DNA of 53,088 nucleotides from the NCBI RefSeq assembly GCF_001194135.2, contig NC_068982.1:124361847-124414934 (forward strand), read 5' to 3'. The stretch is from Octopus bimaculoides. Lineage: Eukaryota. The notes below the pieces were generated by a model that saw nothing but the letters and a program-made list of their open reading frames with translations, had not been told where the DNA came from and searched no databases. The translations under genes were made by a program, and so were the position numbers. Below, piece after piece: positions 24,473 through 50,269 of the stretch; positions within the stretch are counted from its first letter, which is position 1, and each line of letters opens with the position of its first letter.

Positions 24473-24900
24473 TTCAGATACCTAAGCAGCACCATTTCCA
24501 ATGGCTGCACACTGAAAAAGGAGATTCGAAATTGCTACAAGATAGGCCTCTGTATCTCTTTGAAAATTCAGATTCTTTCTAAACAATCATCTCAGCCTTT
24601 ATAAACAGGGTTCTCAGTCTGAGCTAGGTGTAAGACATGGACAATATACAGCCAGTATGTTAAGACCTTGGAAGCTTTTGTTTTCTGAAGATCCTTTCAC
24701 CTGACAAGATAGAATTACGTGCAGAAGTCCCTCATTAAATAATCACAAGAAATAGTAAATTTGCATTGTACAGACATCGACTGAAATGGCTCAGACATGT
24801 TGTGTGCATGTGTGACCCACATTCTCTTCGTGAGATCTTCACATCCACTTACATCCTGGTGTCAACACTTGACTGAGAACCACTTTGAAGAGAAGTATTA
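24473..24900 (+). mobile_element. Decayed RTE-like LINE ORF2 fragment
   Basis: FRYLSSTISNGCTLKKEI and YRHRLKWLRHVVCMCD match the F.YLGS....D.EI and RLRWLGHV.RM motifs; multiple stops and frameshifts. Confidence 0.7.
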
Positions 24901-25166
24901 TTAACTCTTTAAGAATGGAAGGTATCAATCACTATCTGTCATAGAGTTTGATGGTGTCACTGTAGAAGTTATGACAGAGAAACGCATTCATCACTAAAGT
25001 GAGAAGAACTTGTATGCAAAGTGACACCTGGCTTCCTCTAGTCAAATATTTACATGTTCTTACTGTGACCAATGCTGCAGATTATGGATTGGAATGTCTT
25101 CAGAAGATTCAGTAGTGAAGATGACCATCATCAGATTTGATTGACATCCATAAGCAAGCAAAGCAT

Positions 25167-25199
<33 letters not shown>

Positions 25200-25204
25200 T
25201 GTGA

Positions 25205-25239
<35 letters not shown>

Positions 25240-26423
25240 GCCTGCCTTTCTGTCTGTCTGTGTCTGTCTCTCTCTCTCTGCACACACACTCATTATTTTC
25301 CTTCTTCAATTTGAAAATTTTCTGCATTCACTGCCAATACATTATCCAACATTTTACTCCCTTCAAATACAGAGAAAAGCTTCCTGATGTCTGTGGCTCT
25401 TCTCTAAACTAATTCCATCCACTTCAAAATCCTCTGTCCACCATTCTATCATTGAATGTCACCATCTCCATTATTTACACCATATGCAACACAGTACATA
25501 TTTACAATTTACATTCACCAATCTCTAACCAGCAAATTATGTACAATGTCGTATGTGCCTGTCAGTTTGAGAGTCATTTCAGTTCACTTAATGTATGTCT
25601 ATTGCTTCTAATGATTATGAAGAACTGAAGTTCCTTCTTTCTTTTTCTCCGGAAGAAATACAGTTGAGCTCTGCAGATTGTTTTCCTGCTGGACGTTTCA
25701 AAAAAAATTTGATGTAACTGAATAACAGACTAACAGTAACCATAAATTCTACAACTGGATAGATTTGAATCTAATGCTATAAATTCCAAGACTGTTGAAG
25801 ATCCATTCATTTCAAGTTTGGTTCTCCATATGACTAAAATTTGAATAGCACTAAACTGGTAATGGCAGCATTTTGAAGTTAATTAACCATATTTTAATTA
25901 AGTTGTCATAAATGGTTATATACTTCAGCACAGAATATTTCCATCCAAATTTACTTTTGTGCCTTTCTGAAACCTATCATTGCTTTTCTCTCATTTCCTC
26001 TCATGACTACTTTTTTCTATATATGTATGTAGATTTTACTATAATATATATTTCATTCTCAGGAACAACTAAGGAAATACACAATAAATCTCTCACAAAG
26101 CCTTGTACTGATGGGAAGTACTGACCCATACAGGCTTCAAAGGTCATTTCTTTTCCAAACTAAGTTGATGGATGGATTTGGCAGCACTTCAAGTGACTAT
26201 GCAGCCCTTTTCCAAGAATAGCATGCCCACTTGTTATTCAGGAGGGTCTTAGGTCTAAACAAAGCTTTCCCAATCTTGGAACTGGCCAGGAACATTGTGC
26301 TTGGTGTCCTCTCTTTATGAGACAGTAACATTCAGGAAATTTACAACTTAAAGCACATGAGTTGACATTCACAATGTATATCTATGTTTCTGTGTATACA
26401 TGCATATGCATGTGTATGTAAAC

Positions 26424-26479
<56 letters not shown>

Positions 26480-26602
26480 GTATGTCTGTTTGTGTATGTA
26501 TGTATGTATGTATCCATATGTATGTATGTATGCATGTGTGTGTATGCACATATATCTGCTTGTGTGTGTACATATATTTGTGTGTGTGTGTGTATATACC
26601 GA

Positions 26603-26676
26603 TGGCCAGATAACTGAAGAGATGGTGGCATGGGTTTCTGTCCCGACATCCGAAACTCGGAGTTTTATCATGGCTA
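26603..26676 (+). ncRNA. Type I hammerhead ribozyme-like fold
   Basis: Stem I GAUAA/UUAUC (extended by UGGCCA/UGGCUA past one bulge), core CUGAAGA at 26614-26620, stem II GAUG/CAUC, GAAA at 26652-26655, stem III ACUC/GAGU, cleavage triplet GUU. Confidence 0.65.
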
Positions 26677-28027
26677 CCGAATAATTGTCACATATTATTT
26701 ACAGATAAATTCCTCTATTTGCCTAATATCGAGGTCTCTTTCTTTCTTTTGTTGTCTTACCTTTTCTATCAATACATATACACACACATATGTATATATA
26801 TATATATATATNNNNNNNNNNNNNNNNNNNNNNNNNNNNNNNNNNNNNNNNNNNNNNNNNNNNNNNNNNNNNNNNNNNNNNNNNNNNNNNNNNNNNNNNN
26901 NNNNNNNNNNNNNNNNNNNNNNNNNNNNNNNNNNNNNNNNNNNNNNNNNNNNNNNNNNNNNNNNNNNNNNNNNNNNNNNNNNNNNNNNNNNNNNNNNNNN
27001 NNNNNNNNNNNNNNNNNNNNNNNNNNNNNNNNNNNNNNNNNNNNNNNNNNNNNNNNNNNNNNNNNNNNNNNNNNNNNNNNNNNNNNNNNNNNNNNNNNNN
27101 NNNNNNNNNNNNNNNNNNNNNNNNNNNNNNNNNNNNNNNNNNNNNNNNNNNNNNNNNNNNNNNNNNNNNNNNNNNNTATATATATATTGATGAGACTGTT
27201 ACCAGACATATGTGAAAAAATTTGCTAGTTGTATGTGAAACTGCTCCATTTATTTACCTGCTACATGTTGTAGCACCAGTTGTAATATATGTAGGATCCT
27301 AACTTCAATAAATAAAAGACTGTGACATACATTTTCTGAGACATGTAATTATTATGACTGTCTAGAATGAATGGACTTCAATAATGCTTGTGTGTCTTTC
27401 TTGCGTACTAACATACAATGTCTTATCCATTCATCTTCTACAGACATAATTACATGGATACAGAAATCCCAGCTATATGTGTGTGTTGTATACATATTTT
27501 CATGTGTTTATGTAAAAGGCATTAAAACAAAAAGATACAAAAATATACAAGCATACTTTGTTAGCATCACAATCTATTTGTTCCACATAATTTTTATTGT
27601 AATTATAAATTTACTCAATACTTTGCATCCACATATCAATGAGTATATGTTATACAATGTTTAAAACAATAAAATGCATTAATATTTCCTAAGAGGCCTT
27701 TAAGTCCCTCCTAAATTCTTCATGCGAACAAGGGTTTTTAAGGAAATTTGAAATTCCTTCTCCATCCTATCATCGTCATAATTGTCATCGTTGTTGTTGT
27801 TATTATTATTAAGACAGCAAGCTGTCAGAATCATTAGCATGCCAGGCAAAATGCTTAGTGGCATTTAGTCTGTGTTTATGTTCTGAGTTCAAATTCCATT
27901 GAGGTTGACTTTACCTTTCATTCTTTTGAGGTGGATTAAATTAGTATCAGTTGTGCACTGGGTTGATGTAATCGACTTGCCCCCTCCCTCCCTCCAAATT
28001 TCAGGTCTTGAGCCTCTAGTAGAAAGG

Positions 28028-28066
<39 letters not shown>

Positions 28067-31000
28067 CCATTGTTATCTATCTCTAAGAGCAAAAATGTGA
28101 TATTGTTTGTTTAGAAAGAAAAGAAAAATGTTGATTTACTTTTTTTCTCCTCCGATTGATGTCTCATCTTAAAAGTTTTAATTTATTTTTCTTTCAAAAG
28201 TTGTAAAATTATCAGCTTTTGACATCGGAATGTTTTTGTTTTCATTGTGAAATTATCGAAAGTGTTTTCTATTTTACAAAAAAAAAAGGTTCAACAAGTC
28301 TTTTTGTGTTGAATTCATTTGTTGATTGATGTAAAATTTTTATGACTATTGTTAATGTATGATCTGATTTAAATAATGTTAATAAATTGCGATTAAATAA
28401 TGAAATTATCAACAGAAATATGTTTTAAATTCTTTATGGTGAGCTCAGATTTTATAGCATTGATCAAAAGATATTTACATCTGCATTACGATTTGATCTC
28501 CAGTCCTCATTAAGTATCTTATTGATGGCTATGTGTATACAGTGTAAGATAGAGAGAATGCTATTATTACCTTACTTTAGATTGGGTGGTGCATTACATC
28601 CTTGAGCAAGCCTCTTCATTTCATGTTGTCTCAGTTCATTATTTGCAATTCAGTACCATCGATAGCTGGATGGTTAACTCTGTACTGGACTGGTTTCTTA
28701 TTCAGTAAAAAGTCTTTTATTCTCAGTGGCATAAATACTCTAGAAATTGGGAGAAGCCCAAGCCTAAAGGGCCTGTAGGCTCAAGACAGATTTTAACTTT
28801 TTTTTTTTGGAAATAAATGCTCTTAGTTATAGTCTAGTCTGAGACACAGTATACATTAAGGAATAATACATCTTTTATCTTTTACCCATTTCAATCATTT
28901 GATTGGGGTCATGCTGGAGTACCACTTTGAAGAATTTTTAGTCGAATGATTGAACTCTGTACTTTTTCTTTTTAAAGCCAGATAGTCAATCTCTTTTGCT
29001 GAACTGTTAAGTTACAGGGACATAAACAAACCAACACTGGTTGTCAAGTGGTGATTTGGAAGAATTTCCATCAATCAAATCTGCTCATAAGACTTTGGTT
29101 GGCTCAAAATACCACCCAGTGGGTCTGAGCCTGGAACCATGTGGTTGAGAAGTAAATTTCTTACCACACAGCCACAGAGATCAAACATATTGAAATTTAG
29201 AGAGGATATAAATATTGTAAATATACATTCTAAAGAAGAGTTTAATAAATAAAACTGTCACCTTATTAACAACATCTCAGACATTTATGCACTATTGTAG
29301 TCACAAATTTAATTGATTTGAGTTTTAATTATTTGACAATAAAGGGTTTATTTTATTATTATTATTTTTTTGTCTTGGTTAGATCATGATTATAAAAGTG
29401 AATTCAGATTTTAAAACGATTTGATTTGATTATAAAGCCTGATTAAACATAAAAGAAAATATAGATTTGCTAATACTAGGTAATTTCAATGATTTTTAAA
29501 TGTCAAAACTGTTTTATTAATACTGTTAATAAAAAATGTTATTAGAAAGTATATGCTCAATGGAGGGTGGTGAATTAGTAGAATCATTAGATAATTAGAA
29601 AAAAAAAATCCTCTGTAGTATTTTTTCATGCTCTTTACATACTGAATTCAAATTCTACCTAGGCCAACTTTTTTTTTCATCATTTCATGGGTTCATAAGA
29701 TAAAGTACCAGTTAAATATAGATGTTAATATAATCACCTAACACCCTCCGTCCAAAATTGCCAGCCTTGTGCCTAAATTAGAAACAATTATATACCCAAT
29801 GGAATATGCAACAATATTTTTGTCTTTGGTTTAAAATTTTTCTATTTCTTTCAATAAATATTAAAGGTAAAGAAATATTTTAATCTAGTAAAAATTAGTC
29901 ATAGTTTGTCAGACATAATTTTAAGATTAAAAGTGTTTAGATAATATTTTATAATGTCTACAGATCATATTATTGATGCACTTGAATTTCAGTTATGTTA
30001 GAGATTTTATTTAGATTTTTGTGTTTATTTTTTTTAATAAATTTTAACAGGTTTATGTTTAAAAATATTATTAAAATTTACTTGGGGGAATAAAATTAAA
30101 AGATAATTCACAGGTTACTTAATTTTTTTTTAATGAAATTTCAATGAATTTTTTATAATTTGAAGTTGTGTCAGCACACAAATTGTGTTATCAAGTTTTG
30201 TCTGACAGAATAAAAATTAAAAAACAAAATTCAAAACTAACTTTACTTATGATTTTGTAATAAAATCTCAGTGACTCACTGTATTTTTATGTTTTAACAT
30301 AATCATGTTGACATGTTATAAAATTTTACCTGGGGGAATAAAACTGAAAAAAATATTCACAGGTAGGTATTGTCACCTATAATTTTATGAAATTTCAGTG
30401 AATCTTTGTATTTTCACATTTTAATATAATTAATGTTGAATCAAGAATATGTTTTATATTTTTCTTGGGGGGAATGAAAATAAAGTACAATTCATAGGTA
30501 ATTTAATCTACACTTTAAGATGAAATACTAATGAATTGTATTTTCACATTTTATCCTGTTTATACTAAAATAAAAACGATGTTATTAAATTTTACCTGGG
30601 AGAATTAAAAAAACAAAAACAGGAATTAATAGGTATCTTAACCCCCAGTAATTTATTGCCATAGCATTTGAACTCTACTCTTGTTTATTGTTAAATTTCT
30701 GGGTTTGACCTAATATATACCATTATTATTATTATTATTATGTAATTTGGCTTGATTGACAGCTTCTTTATGTTTGTCAATGCCCTAAATATGTTTCTCA
30801 AGCAGCTCTAATCCATCACCTTAATTAAGGTGCTATCTGTAAATAACTTTATGAAATTATACTCCTGACACATTTCGTGTACTACTTACTGCCTATGAAT
30901 TGTTAAATAACATTTTCTCCCATTTTTATATGGGGCAATTTAAAAATTATATGAGGATATATTTTTCAAATTTACATTCAAGCTTACATTTATGTTAAAT

Positions 31001-31260
31001 TTAAGATAAAACTGTTATGCTTCTGTACTACCTTGCATTTTAATGAAATCTAATTCTGGAATATTAATCATCGTATATTGTTTTTATTTTATTTACTGTT
31101 TAAAATATATATTTGACCTTAATAAGATAAAAGAATTTCAGTAAGCTCTAAAATAAGCTTTATTGTAGCCAAAGTTTTATAAAGATTGCACATTCATTAA
31201 TAGACTAGTCATTAATGTATGTGTATGTGTATGTATGTATGTATATATATNNNNNNNNNN

Positions 31261-31294
<34 letters not shown>

Positions 31295-31332
31295 CATACA
31301 ATGGAAATTATGAGATTCTTTATTCAAATCCA

Positions 31333-31687
31333 CTACAATTGTTTTGAGTCATTCTGCACCTATCACATCACAGGTGCCTATTGTGCCTCCTCAGGTGACT
31401 TTTTAAACAAGTTCCTTACTCTTTCTCTTCACCAGTTCATTTAGCCTTATAACAATATATATCTACATAACTGCTCCATTCTAGCAGTTTTCATAAGTAA
31501 CTACTAGAATGGAGCATTTATGTAGATATATCTCATTATAAGGGCTAAATGAATTGGCAAGGAGAAAGAGTGAGGAACTTGTTTAAAAGTGACCTGAAGA
31601 GGCATAATATGCACCTGTGATGCAAGACAATTGATTGCACAGTATCTCAACTGTGAGCTACAGGTGCAGAATGAGTCAAAATTGTAG
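31333..31687. repeat. Long foldback palindrome (about 118-bp core arms, 19-nt loop, outer extension)
   Basis: 31367-31484 is the reverse complement of 31504-31621; 31333-31361 pairs with 31662-31687 after a 40-nt one-sided insert. Confidence 0.9.
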
Positions 31688-32057
31688 CAGAATTGTAAAG
31701 AATTTTGTGAATTCTATTTTCTATCTCTGATCTGTTTATATAAAGTCTACAAACACCAAGGAATTCATGAAGTAAATCCAGTAGCATATGTATCTCTACT
31801 ATTGATGACATCAAGTAGCCAAAAACTGTGGACAGGCTTTACTGTCCGCATCCCCCCCCCACATTTCTATTTCTTAAATATTGAATATGATGTTTATCAC
31901 TAAAATAAAATATGTTTGTTTCTGCATAACCATTATATTCGATCAGAGTTGGGTCAATTACTAAATAGATGAATTATGTTAGAACCTCAACCTTTTTATT
32001 ACCATATTTTTATTAAAATACACCACTTTTGTTTCCATTAATTTTGGAAATGATGAA

Positions 32058-32099
32058 TTTAGCAAAACAACTTTATCATGATAAAGTTGTTTTGCTAAA
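32058..32099. repeat. Perfect 42-bp palindrome with no spacer
   Basis: TTTAGCAAAACAACTTTATCA|TGATAAAGTTGTTTTGCTAAA. Confidence 0.95.
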
Positions 32100-33115
32100 C
32101 ATAAAATAGTATGAAATTATGTTCGGAACATAAAATAGTATGAAATTTTGATGGAAGACTTTAAATTGGATCAGTTTAAAGCAGAAAGTATGCATCATAG
32201 AACCATGTGCCATCTCAGGTGGGTTGGTATCCAAAGGGCTAAAGAAAGTATATTCCTATATATTAATTAACTATTAATTTTATTCCTATATATGTTAAGA
32301 TATAAATGATATGAGTTGTTAACCAGTATTATTAATTTTTTTCCTAGACACAATGTAGGTTGGTGAATTGGTCAAATTGCTAGAGTTGTAGATTGTTTCA
32401 CTGAAAAACCAAAGTTCATTTTCAAGTTTATAAAGCATAAAACAAGGAGAATTTCTATAAAAGTGTTCAACTATTTTGATATAGCATTTTTCATACTCTT
32501 CTGAATTTTTAAAACCTAAATTTTTCAGAATTATTTTAAGAATGATTTTGAAATCCATGTACTTTTAAGCCTGTATTTAATAATGGAGGATTGTGTTTAA
32601 GTCATTGAGAGGCAGGTAGTAATGTATAATTATAAATTTTGCTGATAATATTCTTTTGTGCTCCATTTCATCAAAATTTTATCATTGTATTGTTATCCAC
32701 GATTTTAAAAATTGCATGTATTTTATATCATTGAATACGAATGTATCATTCTTTATATGTTTTGAAATTGTACTTGTATGGCAAGTAACTTCATCTGAGA
32801 TCGTCTGTGGAAACTTAAACAAATGCATCTTGGAAGACTCATGGTAATTGTTTAAAAATCACATATACAGTTATCTTTTACTATTTTTTTTTTCTTGGTT
32901 TTAATCTCAGAGACATGAACTATATACTTTTACTTTTTTCAGTCATAAGACTGGGGCCATACTGGGGCACTGCCTTGAAGGGTATTAACTGAATGAATTG
33001 ATCCCAGTACTTATTTATATAAGCCTGGTGCTTAACCAGTCAGTCTCTTTTGCTAAATTGCTAACAACATTGGTTGTCAAGCAGTGTAGTGGTGGGCGTT
33101 CAAACACAAATACGT

Positions 33116-33148
<33 letters not shown>

Positions 33149-36053
33149 TGCAACAGGCTTTTAGTTTCTGTCTGCCAAATCCACTCACAAGGCTTTGGTT
33201 GGCTCAAGTCTATAGTAGAAGACACTTGCCCAGGTGCCATGCAGTGGGACTGAACCTGGAACCATGTGGTTGGGAAGCAAACTTCTTGCCACATAGTCAT
33301 GTCTGCACCTAAATTCACTTTTGTTTTGAAATCATAAATTATAAAAGCATTTTTGGTTGGTGGGGGGGAATATCTAAAATGACTAAATTTTAAAAGGGCA
33401 TATTGGTTCCTACCTCGTTACATTTTTTAATGAATCTAATTCTGAAATGCCAGTCAACAAGACAGTAACAAGATCATTTAAAATACTTAATATGATGTTA
33501 ATTCTATTTAATTAAAATATTAAATATTAAAGAACCTTAATATAAATGAGCTTAATAAAATTTAAATCTTTTGAATAAACTCTTAAAATTTTTCCATAGC
33601 AACAGCTTTATTGAGATTCCACATACGTTAACAGACAGGTCATTTAATTGATATATATATATATGTATATACATATATGTTGTCATCTTGTAAACATTAA
33701 TATAATGTGTGCTTCCCAATAATCTTCTTTGTTCTTAGTATGGATATTTATGGTTTGTTGAAAAAATGGCTGTTTGAAAATTGTTAATTGATCATTATGT
33801 AAATTATAAGCTATACTGCTGCGTTTCTTTCTGTCTGTTACTGAAATATATGCCTGAATTTTACATTTTTTAAAGTAAATAAAAAATATATATATATATA
33901 ACTTGTTATTGACTTTTATTTATTTTGAAAACTGCCTTTTTATGTATTCATCTCTTCAGCAAATCACTTGCTTCTGTCCCTCTATCATAGTTTCACATTC
34001 TTCAACACTGTATCCTGCTCAGTTGAGGGGTCACATCTTGTGAGTACTTGGTGGCCTCACCAGTACTTGTACCATGAAAAAGAAAAAAAGCACCCAAGAC
34101 ACTCTGTAAAGTGGTTGGCATTAGGAAGAGTATTCCGTAGTAAAAAACCATGCCAGAGCAGATACTGAGCTAGAAAAATTTCTAAGCTACATGAGATGTG
34201 CACTTGGACAGTAATATTGCTTGACACACTCTCCCAGCCATTTATATGCAAGTAGTCAAATTTCAGCTCATATAATTTTCTTGAGAAAAACTCTTCTCTA
34301 TATAATTTACTAATATAGCATACAGTTTGTATTTGTTCTCCCAGCACTTAATATGCATTCATTGACTGTTCATAGTTCATTGATCAAACTTCAGCTCATT
34401 ATGTGAGTTTAATATTCTTCAGGAAAACTGTCCATTATTCAATTTGTTCATTTAAAGAACTGTTTGTATATAGGTACCCCACAGAATATTTTATTTAACT
34501 ATCATTGAAAGAATACACTGAAAAGGCCACAGATGTGTGGTGAAAGACTTTGATAGACCTATCAATAAGTAATTAATTAACAATAAAGTAAATTCAACCA
34601 GTATATGTATTCTATATCACAATTTTAGTTCAAATTTCAACACATATATATATATATTCTTTTATTCTTTTACTTGTTTCAGTCATTTGACTGTGGCCAT
34701 GCTGGAGCACCGCAATTAGTCGAACAAATCGACTCCAGGACTTATTCTTTGTAAGCCTTGTGCTTATTCTATCGGGTCTCTTTTGCCGAACCGCTAGGTT
34801 ACGAGGATGTAAACACACAAACAGTGGGGGGACAAACACAGACACACAAACATACACACACGCACACACACACACACACACACACATATATACATGATAG
34901 GCTGCTTTCAGTTTCTATCTACCAAATCCACTCACAAAACTTTGCTTGGCTATAGTAGAAGACACTTGCCCAGGACCATGTGGCTGGGAAGCAAGCTTCT
35001 TACCATACAGCCATGCTTGTGCCTGTATATGCATATATATATATATATATATANNNNNNNNNNNNNNNNNNNNNNNNNNNNNNNNNNNNNNNNNNNNNNN
35101 NNNNNNNNNNNNNNNNNNNNNNNNNNNNNNNNNNNNNNNNNNNNNNNNNNNNNNNNNNNNNNNNNNNNNNNNNNNNNNNNNNNNNNNNNNNNNNNNNNNN
35201 NNNNNNNNNNNNNNNNNNNNNNNNNNNNNNNNNNNNNNNNNNNNNNNNNNNNNNNNNNNNNNNNNNNNNNNNNNNNNNNNNNNNNNNNNNNNNNNNNNNN
35301 NNNNNNNNNNNNNNNNNNNNNNNNNNNNNNNNNNNNNNNNNNNNNNNNNNNNNNNNNNNNNNNNNNNNNNNNNNNNNNNNNNNNNNNNNNNNNNNNNNNN
35401 NNNNNNNNNNNNNNNNNNNNNNNNNNNNNNNNNNNNNNNNNNNNNNNNNNNNNNNNNNNNNNNNNNNNNNNNNNNNNNNNNNNNNNNNNNNNNNNNNNNN
35501 NNNNNNNNNNNNNNNNNNNNNNNNNNNNNNNNNNNNNNNNNNNNNNNNNNNNNNNNNNNNNNNNNNNNNNNNNNNNNNNNNNNNNNNNNNNNNNNNNNNN
35601 NNNNNNNNNNNNNNNNNNNNNNNNNNNNNNNNNNNNNNNNNNNNNNNNNNNNNNNNNNNNNNNNNNNNNNNNNNNNNNNNNNNNNNNNNNNNNNNNNNNN
35701 NNNNNNNNNNNNNNNNNNNNNNATATATATATTATTTAATAGTTTGTTATATCAATGAAGATATGTTAATGTCATGTCAAATATATACACATAATAAGCA
35801 GTTTATCTTTTCAAGATTATAGAATAAATATTCTTTGTTAGAAGAATTTCAGATACATGAGTATCTTTAGATATTAATTGTTTTCATTTTAGTAGCAGAA
35901 TATCTCCATGTTTTATGGATTTTATATTTTTTATTTTTTATGAAGCGGATTCTTTTTTTTTTTTTTTTAATTTCTTTTGGTAACTTCAAAATATAAAAGG
36001 CCAGAAAAAAAAAATCCTAAAAAGAAAATATAAAAATATATATGGAAATGATA

Positions 36054-48899
<12,846 letters not shown>

Positions 48900-49077
48900 C
48901 TAAAATAAACATTAGGATATCAAAATACACATATTGTAATATATCGAAAATTCTCTCCTAAGGAGATCACTTCTTCTTCAAGGCTATAGAATAGTTCAGC
49001 CATAATTTGTTGATAACTTTCCACAACCCTCAAGTGCTAAGATGCTATGTACATTAGAAGTGCCCATTCTTATAACT

Positions 49078-49400
49078 CAGGGGTTGGCAAACTCGGGTAA
49101 ATTAACCCAAGTGGAGTAAAAATGAAATTCTTGGGAATAATAGGGTATCATTAGGCATAAGTAAAATTATATAAAAAACATGTTCCTTGTTACAAAAAAT
49201 ATTTTCTTCTGGTAACACCGCATCTGTCCAATGTAATGTACGTGTAAATAAATTCATATAAATAGATTCAATAAAATAGATTCAATAAACCTTATGAATT
49301 CAAAGAATCTATGGTTTTCTTCCTTTCAAATCAAGGGGGTAATGTTGGCATAAATAAATATATTTTAGGGTAATTGGTTAAAAAAGTTCCCTGACCCGTG
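49078..49400. mobile_element. hAT-like MITE, decayed
   Basis: Starts CAGGGGTTGGCAAACT and ends AAGTTCCCTGACCCGTG; 8-bp flanks TTATAACT/GTGTAACT (6/8). Confidence 0.55.
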
Positions 49401-50269
49401 GTGTAACTGGAACAGCCAAGCTGCTAGCCATACAAACAACCTAGATCACAAAAATACTCCACGAACAAAAATCATGAACATTCACTTGATTGACTCATCT
49501 ATCTGTCTGTTTATATGATGGCTGTCTATTTGTGACCAAAGAAAACCATCACTGACCATTGCCCATGCAAAATGTCAGCAATGCCTGAGTATAAGGTCAT
49601 TGCACCCGTGGTCGGTTTCATCCGGGCTCATGTCCACGGTACCCTTCTACTGGACTGGGCATTAGAAAGTCAACTCTTTGGTGACTGCACAGCCTAAAAT
49701 TTTGGGTTCGATAAGGCTTGCACAACACCTCACAGACCATCTCCACCCTATTGACTTGATTCAAAGACAAGCCAGAGCAGGACATCCAGTGCTAATATTG
49801 GTCACAGGCTCAGGAATGTGGAAGCACTATGATCTCAAGCATAAGCAAAAGATTCCTAAAATGTCCAATACGTACAGGTATGAGCATACCTACGCCTACC
49901 TGTATATATAGGTGCATATCTGGGTACAAGACATTGCAAACAAAACGTATACAAAAATAATAAGCAGAGTACAGAACACACAAAGGCCACACACACACAC
50001 ACACACACACATACACACATATATAAAAGGACGGTGAACCTAGTGTAAGTTAAACAAAGTTAAAAGATCCCCAAAATGTCCAATGCTATTCCGTATATCA
50101 ATGCTATATATATNNNNNNNNNNNNNNNNNNNNNNNNNNNNNNNNNNNNNNNNNNNNNNNNNNNNNNNNNNNNNNNNNNNNNNNNNNNNNNNNNNNNNNN
50201 NNNNNNNNNNNNNNNNNNNNNNNNNNNNNNNNNNNNNNNNNNNNNNNNNNNNNNATATATATATATATA

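Noticed and set aside
29990-30640. Repeat-spacer pattern as a CRISPR-like array
   Set aside because: Eukaryotic context, highly diverged units, irregular spacing and no cas genes.
33414-33441. 28-nt AG...GT exon-like segment on -
   Set aside because: It lies beyond the transporter stop codon, is not a multiple of 3 and has no partner exons.
48971-49003. MAELFYSLEEE as the transporter first exon
   Set aside because: It needs a weak GTGATC donor and a 71-nt intron; no support.
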